Below are positions 18,169 through 25,786 of a stretch of 28,748 nucleotides of DNA, in pieces. The notes beneath the pieces are model-generated. The model was not told the origin of the DNA, did no database searches, and was given only the letters and a program-made list of their open reading frames with translations. The stretch comes from Acidobacteriota bacterium (GTDB lineage Bacteria; Acidobacteriota; UBA6911; JACQSX01). The position numbers and the translations under genes were made by a program. Each line of letters begins with the position of its first letter. Within the stretch, counting starts at the first letter, position 1. The stretch lies in contig DASXQR010000046.1 of the NCBI GenBank assembly GCA_036507075.1, positions 1 through 28,748 of the forward strand, written 5' to 3'.

Positions 18169-18218
18169 CGATCTACCAACTCTCCATGAACGTAGCGATG
18201 GAGAACACTACCAATCAG
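18169..18218 (+). repeat. 50-bp direct repeat, copy 1, downstream of fic
   Basis: 47/50 identical to 19747-19796; last 35 bp exact. Confidence 0.95.
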
Positions 18219-18254
18219 GGGGGCGGAAACGATGCCTCTCACCATGGGCGGTGA

Positions 18255-18285
18255 AAATAGCAGGCACAGTTGAAGATTTACTTTC
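18255..18285 (+). repeat. 31-bp direct repeat, copy 2
   Basis: Matches 907-937 with 2 mismatches. Confidence 0.9.
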
Positions 18286-18404
18286 AACAGTACTGTCTAA
18301 TTCTGACGGGCTCGAACCGGATGCGAGGATGCGGACCGCGACCGCGCCATTTGGGGCAAGCGCCGAGGGCACTTTGTCAGCGCGCGACTAACACCTTCCC
18401 AGCC

Positions 18405-19553
18405 TCAAGATCCTCTCTCATGCGCGCCTCCCATCTTCTTTTGCGAAATACTTGCCAGTGCATAGCTCGTGCTCCGTCCGCCTTCCGGATTACGAACAAG
18501 AATGCCGCGCTCGACAAGGGACAAAATGTCGCGCAGAGCCGTATCGTGGGAACATTTCGCCAGCTTGCCATATTTTGACGTCGTGAGCTTTCCTTCGAAG
18601 CGATCAAGCAGGGCGTTAAGAACGAGGGTCTGCCGCTCATTGAGGGCGATTCCTTGCACGTTTTCCCAAAAACGTGCTTTGGCAAGGACCGCGCCGAGAG
18701 CGCTTTGTGCGCCTTCAATGGCGCGGCCCAGACAGACAAGGAACCATTCCATCCACGGGGTGATGTCCATCGTTCCTTTCTGCGTCCGCTCAAGAATGTC
18801 GTAGTAGGCGGCGCGCTCCTGCCGAATCTCTGCCGACATGCTGTAGAAGCGTTGCGAACTGTCTTCGGAACGGGCGAGCGCCATATCAGCAATGGCGCGC
18901 GCAATTCGGCCGTTGCCATCATCAAAAGGGTGGATCGTGACGAACCAGAGGTGAGCCAGTCCAGCTTTAAGGACTGCGTCGATATCAGCAGGCTTGTTAA
19001 ACCAATCGAGGAAGGACTCCATTTCCCGGTCAAGGCGTGGCGCCGCCGGCGCTTCAAAGTGGACATGCTCCTTGCCGACCGGCCCGGAGACTACTTGCAT
19101 AGGGCCAGTGCTGTCGTCACGCCAAGCCCCTGACCTGATCTTGCTCATGCCACTGCGTCCGGTGGGAAACAGAGCTGCATGCCACGAAAAGAGCCTTTCG
19201 TTGGTGAGCGACTGATTATAATGACGCGTGGCGTCGAGCATCATTTCCACGACGCCTTCAACATGGCGATCTGCGGGCTTTAGACCGCCGATATCCATAC
19301 CGAGCCGGCGCGCAATTGAGGACCGGACCTGTCCAGCATTCAGTTTTTCCCCTTCGATTTCACTGCTCTTAAGTACATCGGCTGTAAGGGTTTGCAGAAC
19401 GGCCTCCTGGCGGAGCTTAAACCCGAGGGCCTCCATATGACCCGTCAACCAACCCTGCCGATGTCGGACCCCGGCTAAAGGTTCGGCAAGGCGCTCTCGG
19501 TCCCAATGAAATCTGGGCCAATTCTGAAGCTCATGGATGTATAATCTACGCAT
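18405..19553 (-). CDS. Fic family protein (DUF4172 - Fic - winged HTH)
   Basis: YIHELQNWPRFHWD N-terminus, canonical HPFDDGNGRIAR, C-terminal CSHDTALRDI...GGRSTSY. Confidence 0.95.
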   Translation of the reverse strand: MRRLYIHELQNWPRFHWDRERLAEPLAGVRHRQGWLTGHMEALGFKLRQEAVLQTLTADVLKSSEIEGEKLNAGQVRSSIARRLGMDIGGLKPADRHVEGVVEMMLDATRHYNQSLTNERLFSWHAALFPTGRSGMSKIRSGAWRDDSTGPMQVVSGPVGKEHVHFEAPAAPRLDREMESFLDWFNKPADIDAVLKAGLAHLWFVTIHPFDDGNGRIARAIADMALARSEDSSQRFYSMSAEIRQERAAYYDILERTQKGTMDITPWMEWFLVCLGRAIEGAQSALGAVLAKARFWENVQGIALNERQTLVLNALLDRFEGKLTTSKYGKLAKCSHDTALRDILSLVERGILVRNPEGGRSTSYALASISQKKMGGAHERGS

Positions 19554-19621
19554 TTTATGCGTAGATTATAGCCAACATTCGCCGCAAACGCAAATATTCT
19601 ACGCATAAATTGCGTAGAATA
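19540..19621 (-). promoter_or_regulatory. fic promoter with two palindromic operators
   Basis: Minus strand TTGCGT (19593-19588), 17 bp, TATAAT (19570-19565); palindromes TCTACGCA-N5-TGCGTAGA within 19540-19570 and 19595-19621. Confidence 0.8.
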
Positions 19622-19746
19622 ACGGCCCTAATCGCCGCATCCCACCCCACGCTCCTACTGCAGCTTGACGGAGTGATCGATCAGTACCGCGCCTTGGTCC
19701 CCAGTTGCGTGCTGAGCGCGAGGGTTTAGTCGAGCCCGTTAAAGCG

Positions 19747-19796
19747 CGATCTATCAAGTCCCCATGAACGTAGCGATGGAGAACACTACCAATCAG
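19747..19796 (+). repeat. 50-bp direct repeat, copy 2, upstream of fic
   Basis: See 18169-18218. Confidence 0.95.
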
Positions 19797-19803
19797 TGTC
19801 TAA

Positions 19804-19846
19804 TCTATTTGACGCCTTCAGCGTCCAGACCGAAAACTCAATCCTT
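19804..19846 (+). repeat. 43-bp repeat, also at 22118-22160
   Basis: TCTATTTGACGC(C/T)TTCAGCGTCCAGAC(C/G)GAAAACTCAATCCTT. Confidence 0.9.
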
Positions 19847-20113
19847 TGGGCGCCGTTTCAACTGGGGACGTGCTCTTATTGGTTGTGGCCTTAGGTCCAC
19901 AAAGCGGATTATTCACAAACTGCAGGAACTAGCCGCCGATTTACGCGGACAACGCTGATGGTATCGCGGTCGAGGGATGGGCGTCGATCCCAGGAGAGGA
20001 CTGACAGCCGAAAAGACTAATGGGTCTCCCATCCTCGGTTGAACAGACCAAGTATGATCTTGGAGCGCCATCAGGTGGAATTTACCGCGGAGTGGCTCGA
20101 TCGGTTTCTTCCG

Positions 20114-20326
20114 TTAGCTCATGACAACGTCGACAGGAAGCTCGTCCAGCTCTGATTTTTTTGAAACGAAGTTCAGTTTCTCGAAGCCGATGACTTTTTT
20201 TGTGCGCGGATCCTTTTTCAGAATGACCTCTCCCCCGGTCTCCTCGCTCACAACCTTTCTCGGCTTCTCGAACCAGACGTCGAGCGTGTTGCCTTCTTTG
20301 TCAAAAAACACTCTGATCTTTTTCAT
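20114..20326 (-). CDS. DUF2283-family small protein (putative antitoxin)
   Basis: 70 aa, IRVFFDKEGNTLDVWF...VILKKD...VIGFE; TAATG coupling with the upstream gene. Confidence 0.8.
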   Translation of the reverse strand: MKKIRVFFDKEGNTLDVWFEKPRKVVSEETGGEVILKKDPRTKKVIGFEKLNFVSKKSELDELPVDVVMS

Positions 20327-20650
20327 TACGGCCTCTGGTCAACTCTGTCGCCTTCCTTGATTCTATCAGTTAAATACGCAGTGATGACAAATCCGTCACC
20401 GTTACGGTGCTTGACGACGACCGTGAGCCACAGCCTGCCGCGGCATCGGTAGTAAAGAAAAACCAATACTATCGCTCTTGCTGCGCCGGATTTCGTCAGG
20501 CACACGCACTGTTCGTTTGACTTCGGATTCCTGGCCCTCAATTTCGGGATGTTTCGTCTTGACGATAAGATCCCACCTCGATCTTGTGACCCGAATCGGC
20601 TTACCGAGCTTGGATGTGACTTCAAAGTAAATGGCATCCGTTTGGGACAG
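20326..20650 (-). pseudogene. DUF4258/RelE-like toxin, frameshifted
   Basis: AIYFEVTSKLGKPIRVTRSRWDLIVKTKHPEI...PDEIRRSKSD in one frame; VFLYYR...VVVKHRNGDGFVITAYLTDRIKEG in another (shift near 20465). Confidence 0.75.
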
Positions 20651-20812
20651 TGTGATCGGCGCTATTTAGGAATCTCGATATGCTGGACGCTTTGATATGC
20701 CGTCGGCAAGCTACTAGAGCGCGGCGTCAGACGTCAAACTCCAGCCGCTGTCCGCCGAATCAAACGGATGTTTTACTCGCGCTTCTGTCAGGCTGACGGG
20801 CCCACTGTTCAC

Positions 20813-21766
20813 TCAGTAAACATCCAGATCCCGCCCAACCACCACTTTGCCCGGGTAACGTGATTGCAGCTCTTTCAGCAATTCTTCAGGCGTGGACGCG
20901 GTGGGGCTGAGGGCCGGGCGCAGAACAATCGAGGCGTGATAGACGATCAGCAGGCGGGGTTTGGCTTTGGTGGCGAGTTCGGCTAGTTGGACTGTCGACG
21001 TGTGATATTTCGCGGCAAAGGCTTGGAAAGTCTCGGGACGCTTTGCCAGCGAGGCCAGAGTGTTGGCTTCGTGGATCAGAACGTCGCAGCCGCGGCAGGC
21101 ATCGATGGTCGCCTGTGTCGGGTTCGTGTCGCCTGAGATGACGATGCTGCGGTCCGCCGTGTCGAACCGGTAGCCATAGCTCTCCATCGCATGTTTGGTC
21201 GGGAAGGCGGTGACGGTCACGTTGGCGTCTTTGTAGATGAGGCCGGCGCTGATTTCGTGCGCGTTCACTTTATATCCGTCGGGGAAGTCACGCTGGTTGC
21301 CGTCGGCGTTGGTGCGTGTCTCGATGTCAGCGCGGTAGGCTTCAATGATGTGCCCCGTCATGGCCTTGATTCCCTTCGGGCCGTAAACCTCCAGCGGTGC
21401 TCTGCGCCCCATAGTCCAGGTGCTGAAAATCAGATCGGGATAGCCGACCGTATGGTCCGAATGCAAGTGGGTCACAAAGGCAACTCTCAGACTCGTGGGC
21501 TCAAGGGCTGCGATCCCCTTGTCAACCACCGCGGCCTTGGCGCGCCGCACCACGCCCGGCCCGAAGTCCACCAGGTAGGCGCTGCCATTGACCACGATTG
21601 CCGTGGCCGGGCCGGAGCGGTCCGGATCGGGCAGCGGATTGCCGGTGCCCAGCAGTACGACTTGGGTCTTGCTCGTCCGCGCCGCAGTGGTTTGAGCTTC
21701 GGCCTGACTGAGAGCAAAGGAAGAAGCCGCAATCGCCAGCACGGTGATGACCAGGATTCGCTTCAT
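20813..21766 (-). CDS. Secreted MBL-fold metallohydrolase (RNase Z/AtsA-like)
   Basis: Signal peptide MKRILVITVLAIAASSFA, LLGTG, THLHSDH, SGDT, LIHEA; AGGAG RBS before ATG 21766. Confidence 0.9.
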   Translation of the reverse strand: MKRILVITVLAIAASSFALSQAEAQTTAARTSKTQVVLLGTGNPLPDPDRSGPATAIVVNGSAYLVDFGPGVVRRAKAAVVDKGIAALEPTSLRVAFVTHLHSDHTVGYPDLIFSTWTMGRRAPLEVYGPKGIKAMTGHIIEAYRADIETRTNADGNQRDFPDGYKVNAHEISAGLIYKDANVTVTAFPTKHAMESYGYRFDTADRSIVISGDTNPTQATIDACRGCDVLIHEANTLASLAKRPETFQAFAAKYHTSTVQLAELATKAKPRLLIVYHASIVLRPALSPTASTPEELLKELQSRYPGKVVVGRDLDVY

Positions 21767-21790
21767 TGGTTCATCTCCTTGCATAGAACG

Positions 21791-21956
21791 TGAGAAAAAA
21801 TCAGACGCCGCCGGGCTTGTCCCGGTGGTGAACGCGATTCTTCACCAGACCGCCGGTCCTACTATGCCTTGGTATTCCAAAAGGTGAGGCAGGGACGGCT
21901 TTAGTGAAGAATCGTACTCACCACCGGGGCAAGCCCGGTGGCGTCGATTTTTCTCA
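21791..21956. repeat. REPIN-like long inverted repeat (~55-bp arms)
   Basis: TGAGAAAAAATCAGACGCCGCCGGGCTTGTCCCGGTGGTGAACGCGATTCTTCAC and its near-complement at 21904-21956; each arm has a CCGGG-hairpin. Confidence 0.85.
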
Positions 21957-22040
21957 AGTTTATAGGTTAGTGGTTTAATCAAACGCAATATCGAGACTGT
22001 CAATTCGGTACTGGTGACGGCGATCCTGCAAACGATTCTG

Positions 22041-22295
22041 GCACCCTTCCAGGGTGCGGTGATTTGGAAGAAGCTCACCGGGGGCGGCGCGCAAAAAACG
22101 CGCTTGCCCCCGGCTATTCTATTTGACGCTTTCAGCGTCCAGACGGAAAACTCAATCCTTAATCTGTTTCCCGCTCGCTTTATTCTGTCGCCCGCCCCAA
22201 AAAAACAGGTCGGGCTCATGGGCTGGGAAACGGCTCGGGTCCCAGGGCTGTGCAAGCTCCGCCCTGGGCTTTATTCTTCCGCCCGGCCAAAAAGC
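22041..22295. repeat. Cluster of REP-like GC-rich hairpins
   Basis: GCACCCT-TCC-AGGGTGC; CCGGGGGC...GCCCCCGG; CCCAGGGC...GCCCTGGG; TGTCGCCCGCCCC-A7-CAGGTCGGGCT. Confidence 0.7.
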
Positions 22296-22325
22296 GGCCC
22301 AGGCTGGCCGAGACCATGGGCAAGT

Positions 22326-22413
22326 GCGGTAGCGGTTCGAGCGGTTCGGGTTGATGCGATAAGAGGCAAGCGGTAGCGGTTCGAGCGGTTGGGGCTGATG
22401 CGATAAGAGGCAA
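22326..22413 (+). repeat. Tandem duplication, 2 x 44 bp
   Basis: GCGGTAGCGGTTCGAGCGGTT(C/G)GGG(T/C)TGATGCGATAAGAGGCAA twice. Confidence 0.95.
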
Positions 22414-22414
22414 A

Positions 22415-22443
22415 TTGACATCAATCTTGGGTTAGCGCATCAT
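22415..22443 (+). promoter_or_regulatory. Putative vapBC promoter, probably leaderless
   Basis: TTGACA (22415-22420), 17 bp, CATCAT (22438-22443), ATG 7 nt later, no RBS. Confidence 0.55.
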
Positions 22444-22450
22444 TTAGACT

Positions 22451-22678
22451 ATGAGGACTACGTTGACGCTGGATGATGACGTAATCGAGGCTGCTTCAAA
22501 GCGGGCGAGATCTTTGAACATCTCTTTGGGCAAAGCGGTATCGGATCTCGCGCGACGCGGGTTGGAATCCACGATCCCGGTGAAAGAAGTAAACGGCCTG
22601 GTGGTAATCAGTCCGCCAAAGGGAGCACCCAAAATCACGATGAAGAAAGTGAAGGAAGCTCTCAGTGACTTTCCATGA
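22451..22678 (+). CDS. vapB: VapB-like RHH antitoxin
   Basis: MRTTLTLDDDV...SLGKAVSDLARRGL; ATGA overlap with the PIN gene. Confidence 0.88.
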   Translation: MRTTLTLDDDVIEAASKRARSLNISLGKAVSDLARRGLESTIPVKEVNGLVVISPPKGAPKITMKKVKEALSDFP

Positions 22679-23118
22679 GGGTTTACTTGCTCGATATCAA
22701 CCTGCTGGTGGCGCTCTTGTGGGCGAACCATGAGCAACACGAAGCAGCCGCTGATTGGTTTCGGGCTCATCGGCAGTCGGTTTGGGCGACGTGTCCGTTG
22801 ACCCAGGCCGGTTTCGTTCGGATCAGTTCCAATCCGCGAGTATTTCCGGACACTCCGGCGCCCCTGAAGGCGTTGGAAATCCTTGAGACCAACTTGCGCC
22901 ATCCAAGACACCGTTTTTGGAAGGACGACATCTCTTTCGCGGATGCAGTCGCACCTCTTGCCGGTCGTTTTGCAGGGCACCAACAAACGACTGATGCCTA
23001 CCTTCTTGGGCTGGCGATCCACAAAACCGGCGTCCTGGCTACGTTTGACGAAAGTATCGCTGCTCTCCTGGAGCCAAGAGCGCTAAACGTAAAATTCCTT
23101 GAAATAATCCGAGCATAG
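22675..23118 (+). CDS. vapC: VapC PIN-domain toxin
   Basis: LLDINLLVAL, TCPLTQAGFVR, TDAYLLGLA, LATFD. Confidence 0.92.
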   Translation: MRVYLLDINLLVALLWANHEQHEAAADWFRAHRQSVWATCPLTQAGFVRISSNPRVFPDTPAPLKALEILETNLRHPRHRFWKDDISFADAVAPLAGRFAGHQQTTDAYLLGLAIHKTGVLATFDESIAALLEPRALNVKFLEIIRA

Positions 23119-23185
23119 CGCTGAGAATCGTTGGCAGGATCGCCGTTACCACGATGGGCGGCAAAGCCGCAACTCGAGTCACCAA

Positions 23186-23243
23186 TTTTTTCTCACGTTC
23201 TTGCCCCGGTGGTGAGTACGATTCTTCACTAAAGCCGTCCCTG
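23186..23243 (-). repeat. Partial rearranged copy of the 21791-21956 element
   Basis: 23200-23243 is the exact reverse complement of 21890-21933; 23186-23201 is the reverse complement of 21785-21800. Confidence 0.85.
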
Positions 23244-23279
23244 AAGCGAAATTTCTCAGCTGCGCTAACATAGTCATGC

Positions 23280-24677
23280 ATGTCCGAGCAACCCGATGTC
23301 CTCGTTCTTGGCGCCGGCGCAGCCGGTTTGGCGGCCGCGGCTGAGCTTTCGGCTGCCGGACGCAGTGTGTGCATTCTTGAAGCGCGAAATCGCGTCGGCG
23401 GCCGCATCTGGAGCGTGCACAATCCCGAGATTGCCGCGGAGATCGATCTCGGCGCCGAGTTCATTCACGGCAGGCCTTCTGAATTGTGGCGAATCATTCA
23501 GGCGGCGCGGCTGAAAGTTTGCGAGGTGAAAGGCGAAGCCTGGCGTCGCGCGGGCTCGCGCTGGGCCAGGGCCGACAGCGCATGGAAGGCCGTCGACAAA
23601 CTCGTGGACGATATGAAGAAACTGCGCGCCGACAAGAGCGTCGCCGATTACCTGGCCGGCTGCCGTAAATTGAAGGGTTGGCAGCGCGCGCTCGTTATCG
23701 GGTACGTCGAGGGCTTTCATGCCGGCCTGAAGGAGCGCATGAGCGCACGTGCCTTCGCGCAGGCTGAACAGGCGGGCGAAGAGATCCAAGGCGATCGCGC
23801 CTTCCGGCTCGTCGATGGTTATGCGCAGATCACCGATTCGCTTGTGGCTTCACTGCATCGCCATCGGTGTGCGCTGCATTTGGACACAGTCGTGCTGGCG
23901 GTCCGCTGGAGAAGACATCGCGTCGAGGTGACCGCACAAGACGCGGGCGGGCAGCGTAAGATCTTCACTGCGCCGCGCGCCGTCGTGACGCTTCCCCTGG
24001 GTGTACTCCAAGCGCCGCCGGGCGAACCGGGAGCGGTGGAGTTCGCGCCCGGTCTAGGTCTGAAAAAGAATGCAATCAAGCGCCTGGCGATGGGCAATGT
24101 AGTCAAAGTAATCCTCTGCTTCCGCCGCCGTTTCTGGGGTCCTCCTTTGCCAGACGATTTGCGTCGAAAATCGCAAATCGCAAATCGAAAATTCCCTGAC
24201 TTCGGCTTTCTCCTCTCCAACAACGACGTGATGCCCACGTGGTGGGGCCTTTCTCCGTTGATTGCGCCGGTGCTCACAGGCTGGGCCGGCGGCCACTGGG
24301 CCGAAACATTCAAAGATCTCTGCGGCCCGGGTGACTATGTGGAGAATCCCCGTTTATCGACCCATGCACCATTGACAGGCGAAGCCGTCAACGCGCTGGC
24401 CGGTATCCTGGAAGTCTCCGGCAGCGAGGTTGCCCAACTTTTGCAGGCCGCGTACTTCCATGACTGGCGCGCCGACCCTTACTCGCGCGGCGCCTACAGC
24501 TACGTCCCCGTCGGCGGCCTCACAGCCCAGAAAAAACTCGCCGAGCCGCTGGACCAAACGCTTTACTTTGCCGGTGAAGCCACCGACACAAGTCACCAGC
24601 AGGGAACCGTCCATGCCGCCCTGGCCACCGGCCGCCGCGCCGCCTGCGAGCTGCTTTCCCACCTCTCCGGCATCTGA
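23280..24677 (+). CDS. Flavin monoamine oxidase family protein
   Basis: GAGAAG FAD motif, EARNRVGGRI, GAEFIHG, GAYSY, YFAGEAT, GTVHAA. Confidence 0.93.
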   Translation: MSEQPDVLVLGAGAAGLAAAAELSAAGRSVCILEARNRVGGRIWSVHNPEIAAEIDLGAEFIHGRPSELWRIIQAARLKVCEVKGEAWRRAGSRWARADSAWKAVDKLVDDMKKLRADKSVADYLAGCRKLKGWQRALVIGYVEGFHAGLKERMSARAFAQAEQAGEEIQGDRAFRLVDGYAQITDSLVASLHRHRCALHLDTVVLAVRWRRHRVEVTAQDAGGQRKIFTAPRAVVTLPLGVLQAPPGEPGAVEFAPGLGLKKNAIKRLAMGNVVKVILCFRRRFWGPPLPDDLRRKSQIANRKFPDFGFLLSNNDVMPTWWGLSPLIAPVLTGWAGGHWAETFKDLCGPGDYVENPRLSTHAPLTGEAVNALAGILEVSGSEVAQLLQAAYFHDWRADPYSRGAYSYVPVGGLTAQKKLAEPLDQTLYFAGEATDTSHQQGTVHAALATGRRAACELLSHLSGI

Positions 24678-24713
24678 CCAATTTTGGGCGATTTCACACC
24701 GATAGCAAGCAGA

Positions 24714-24799
24714 AGCCCGGACCGTTTTTTGGGGCGGGAGACAGAATTCCGCAGATCTGCCAAAAAATTCTGTCGCCCGCCCCAAGAACGGGCCGGGCT
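24714..24799. repeat. Inverted REP-like pair between convergent genes (possible terminator role)
   Basis: AGCCCGGACCGTTTTTTGGGGCGGGAGACAGAAT ... ATTCTGTCGCCCGCCCCAAGAACGGGCCGGGCT. Confidence 0.8.
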
Positions 24800-24836
24800 C
24801 GTTGGGAGATGATCGGCCATCCCATTAATACGCGAG

Positions 24837-25388
24837 CTAAGCCTGTTCCCGGGGTGCTTCCGCTCTTCGTCGTCCTTGGAGGGCAATGTAGGTGACGGCA
24901 TCCCAGGCATTGTGGATTCCGACGAACAGAAGAAGGACGGCAGCAGCGCCGATCACGAACAGGGATGGCACGGGCTGTCGCCCGAGTGCGACCGAAGCCG
25001 CCAGAAGAGCCGCGTAAGCGATGAGCGGAAGAGCGCCGTGCCATAGCCAGTCCTCAAGCACCGGCACGTATTCAGTTTGCCGCCGCGCACGCCTGACAAC
25101 CAACGCGGCGTAGACGAATCCCGCCATCCCGCAGGCGGCAAGACAAAACGCGGCGCCCGCGAGCGCGCGCCACGGTGCGCTCAGAATCGCCGAGGTGAGC
25201 AGCACGGCGCAGAAGTGGACCACCGTCGGAGTGCCAAATGCGCGCGTCGTTGCGGCGTCCAGCCCCTTCACTTCGGCGCCCAGAACAATCACGACAAACT
25301 GTAAACCCGTTAGCGCACCGGCCGAGGACCCGATGATAACGTAAAAGCTTTCCCAAGCGACGAACGGCGACAGCGCGGCTTGTTCCAT
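24837..25388 (-). CDS. Hypothetical multi-pass membrane protein
   Basis: 183 aa, about five hydrophobic segments, WESFY...AGALTGLQFV and GIHNAWD motifs; GGAG RBS. Confidence 0.85.
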   Translation of the reverse strand: MEQAALSPFVAWESFYVIIGSSAGALTGLQFVVIVLGAEVKGLDAATTRAFGTPTVVHFCAVLLTSAILSAPWRALAGAAFCLAACGMAGFVYAALVVRRARRQTEYVPVLEDWLWHGALPLIAYAALLAASVALGRQPVPSLFVIGAAAVLLLFVGIHNAWDAVTYIALQGRRRAEAPREQA

Positions 25389-25447
25389 AGTTTCTCTCCA
25401 ATGTTAGCTGATGAAGGACCCGGCCATCACCGCCTGGGCCTCACCCA

Positions 25448-25770
25448 GCCCGCCGCTTTTTGGTAGGCGTTCAGCCTGTGGCCTACGCGGAGCGAAGCGC
25501 AGCCGTGGGAATTGCGGTTCTCTCTTCAGCCCGACCGCTTTTCGGGACGGGCGACAGCCGGTGGCACGGAAAATTGGCTTAATTCCTATCCGCTCCTGTT
25601 CTCCCAAAAGTCGACTGCTGTCGCCCGCCCAAAAACGGCGGGCTTTAACGAGTGGAATGCTGCTGTTCCCACGGCTCCGCTTCGCTGCGCTGTGGGCCAC
25701 AGGCTCACGCCCGCCCAAAAGCGGCGGGCTTTGAAGAGTGGAATGCTGCCGTTCCCAAGGTCGCTCGCTT
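25448..25770. repeat. Compound REP/BIME-like palindromic cluster
   Basis: Four CGCCCG-A-run-CGGGCT units, two inverted and two direct; 25448-25511 is near-complementary to 25666-25730. Confidence 0.85.
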
Positions 25771-25786
25771 CCCCCGTTCGATGCCG

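Noticed and set aside
17663..21170. DGR template/variable repeat pair
   Set aside because: Differences are not adenine-specific, many are silent, and there is no reverse transcriptase
22326..25770. CRISPR array among the repeats
   Set aside because: No run of identical repeats with unique equal-length spacers and no cas genes
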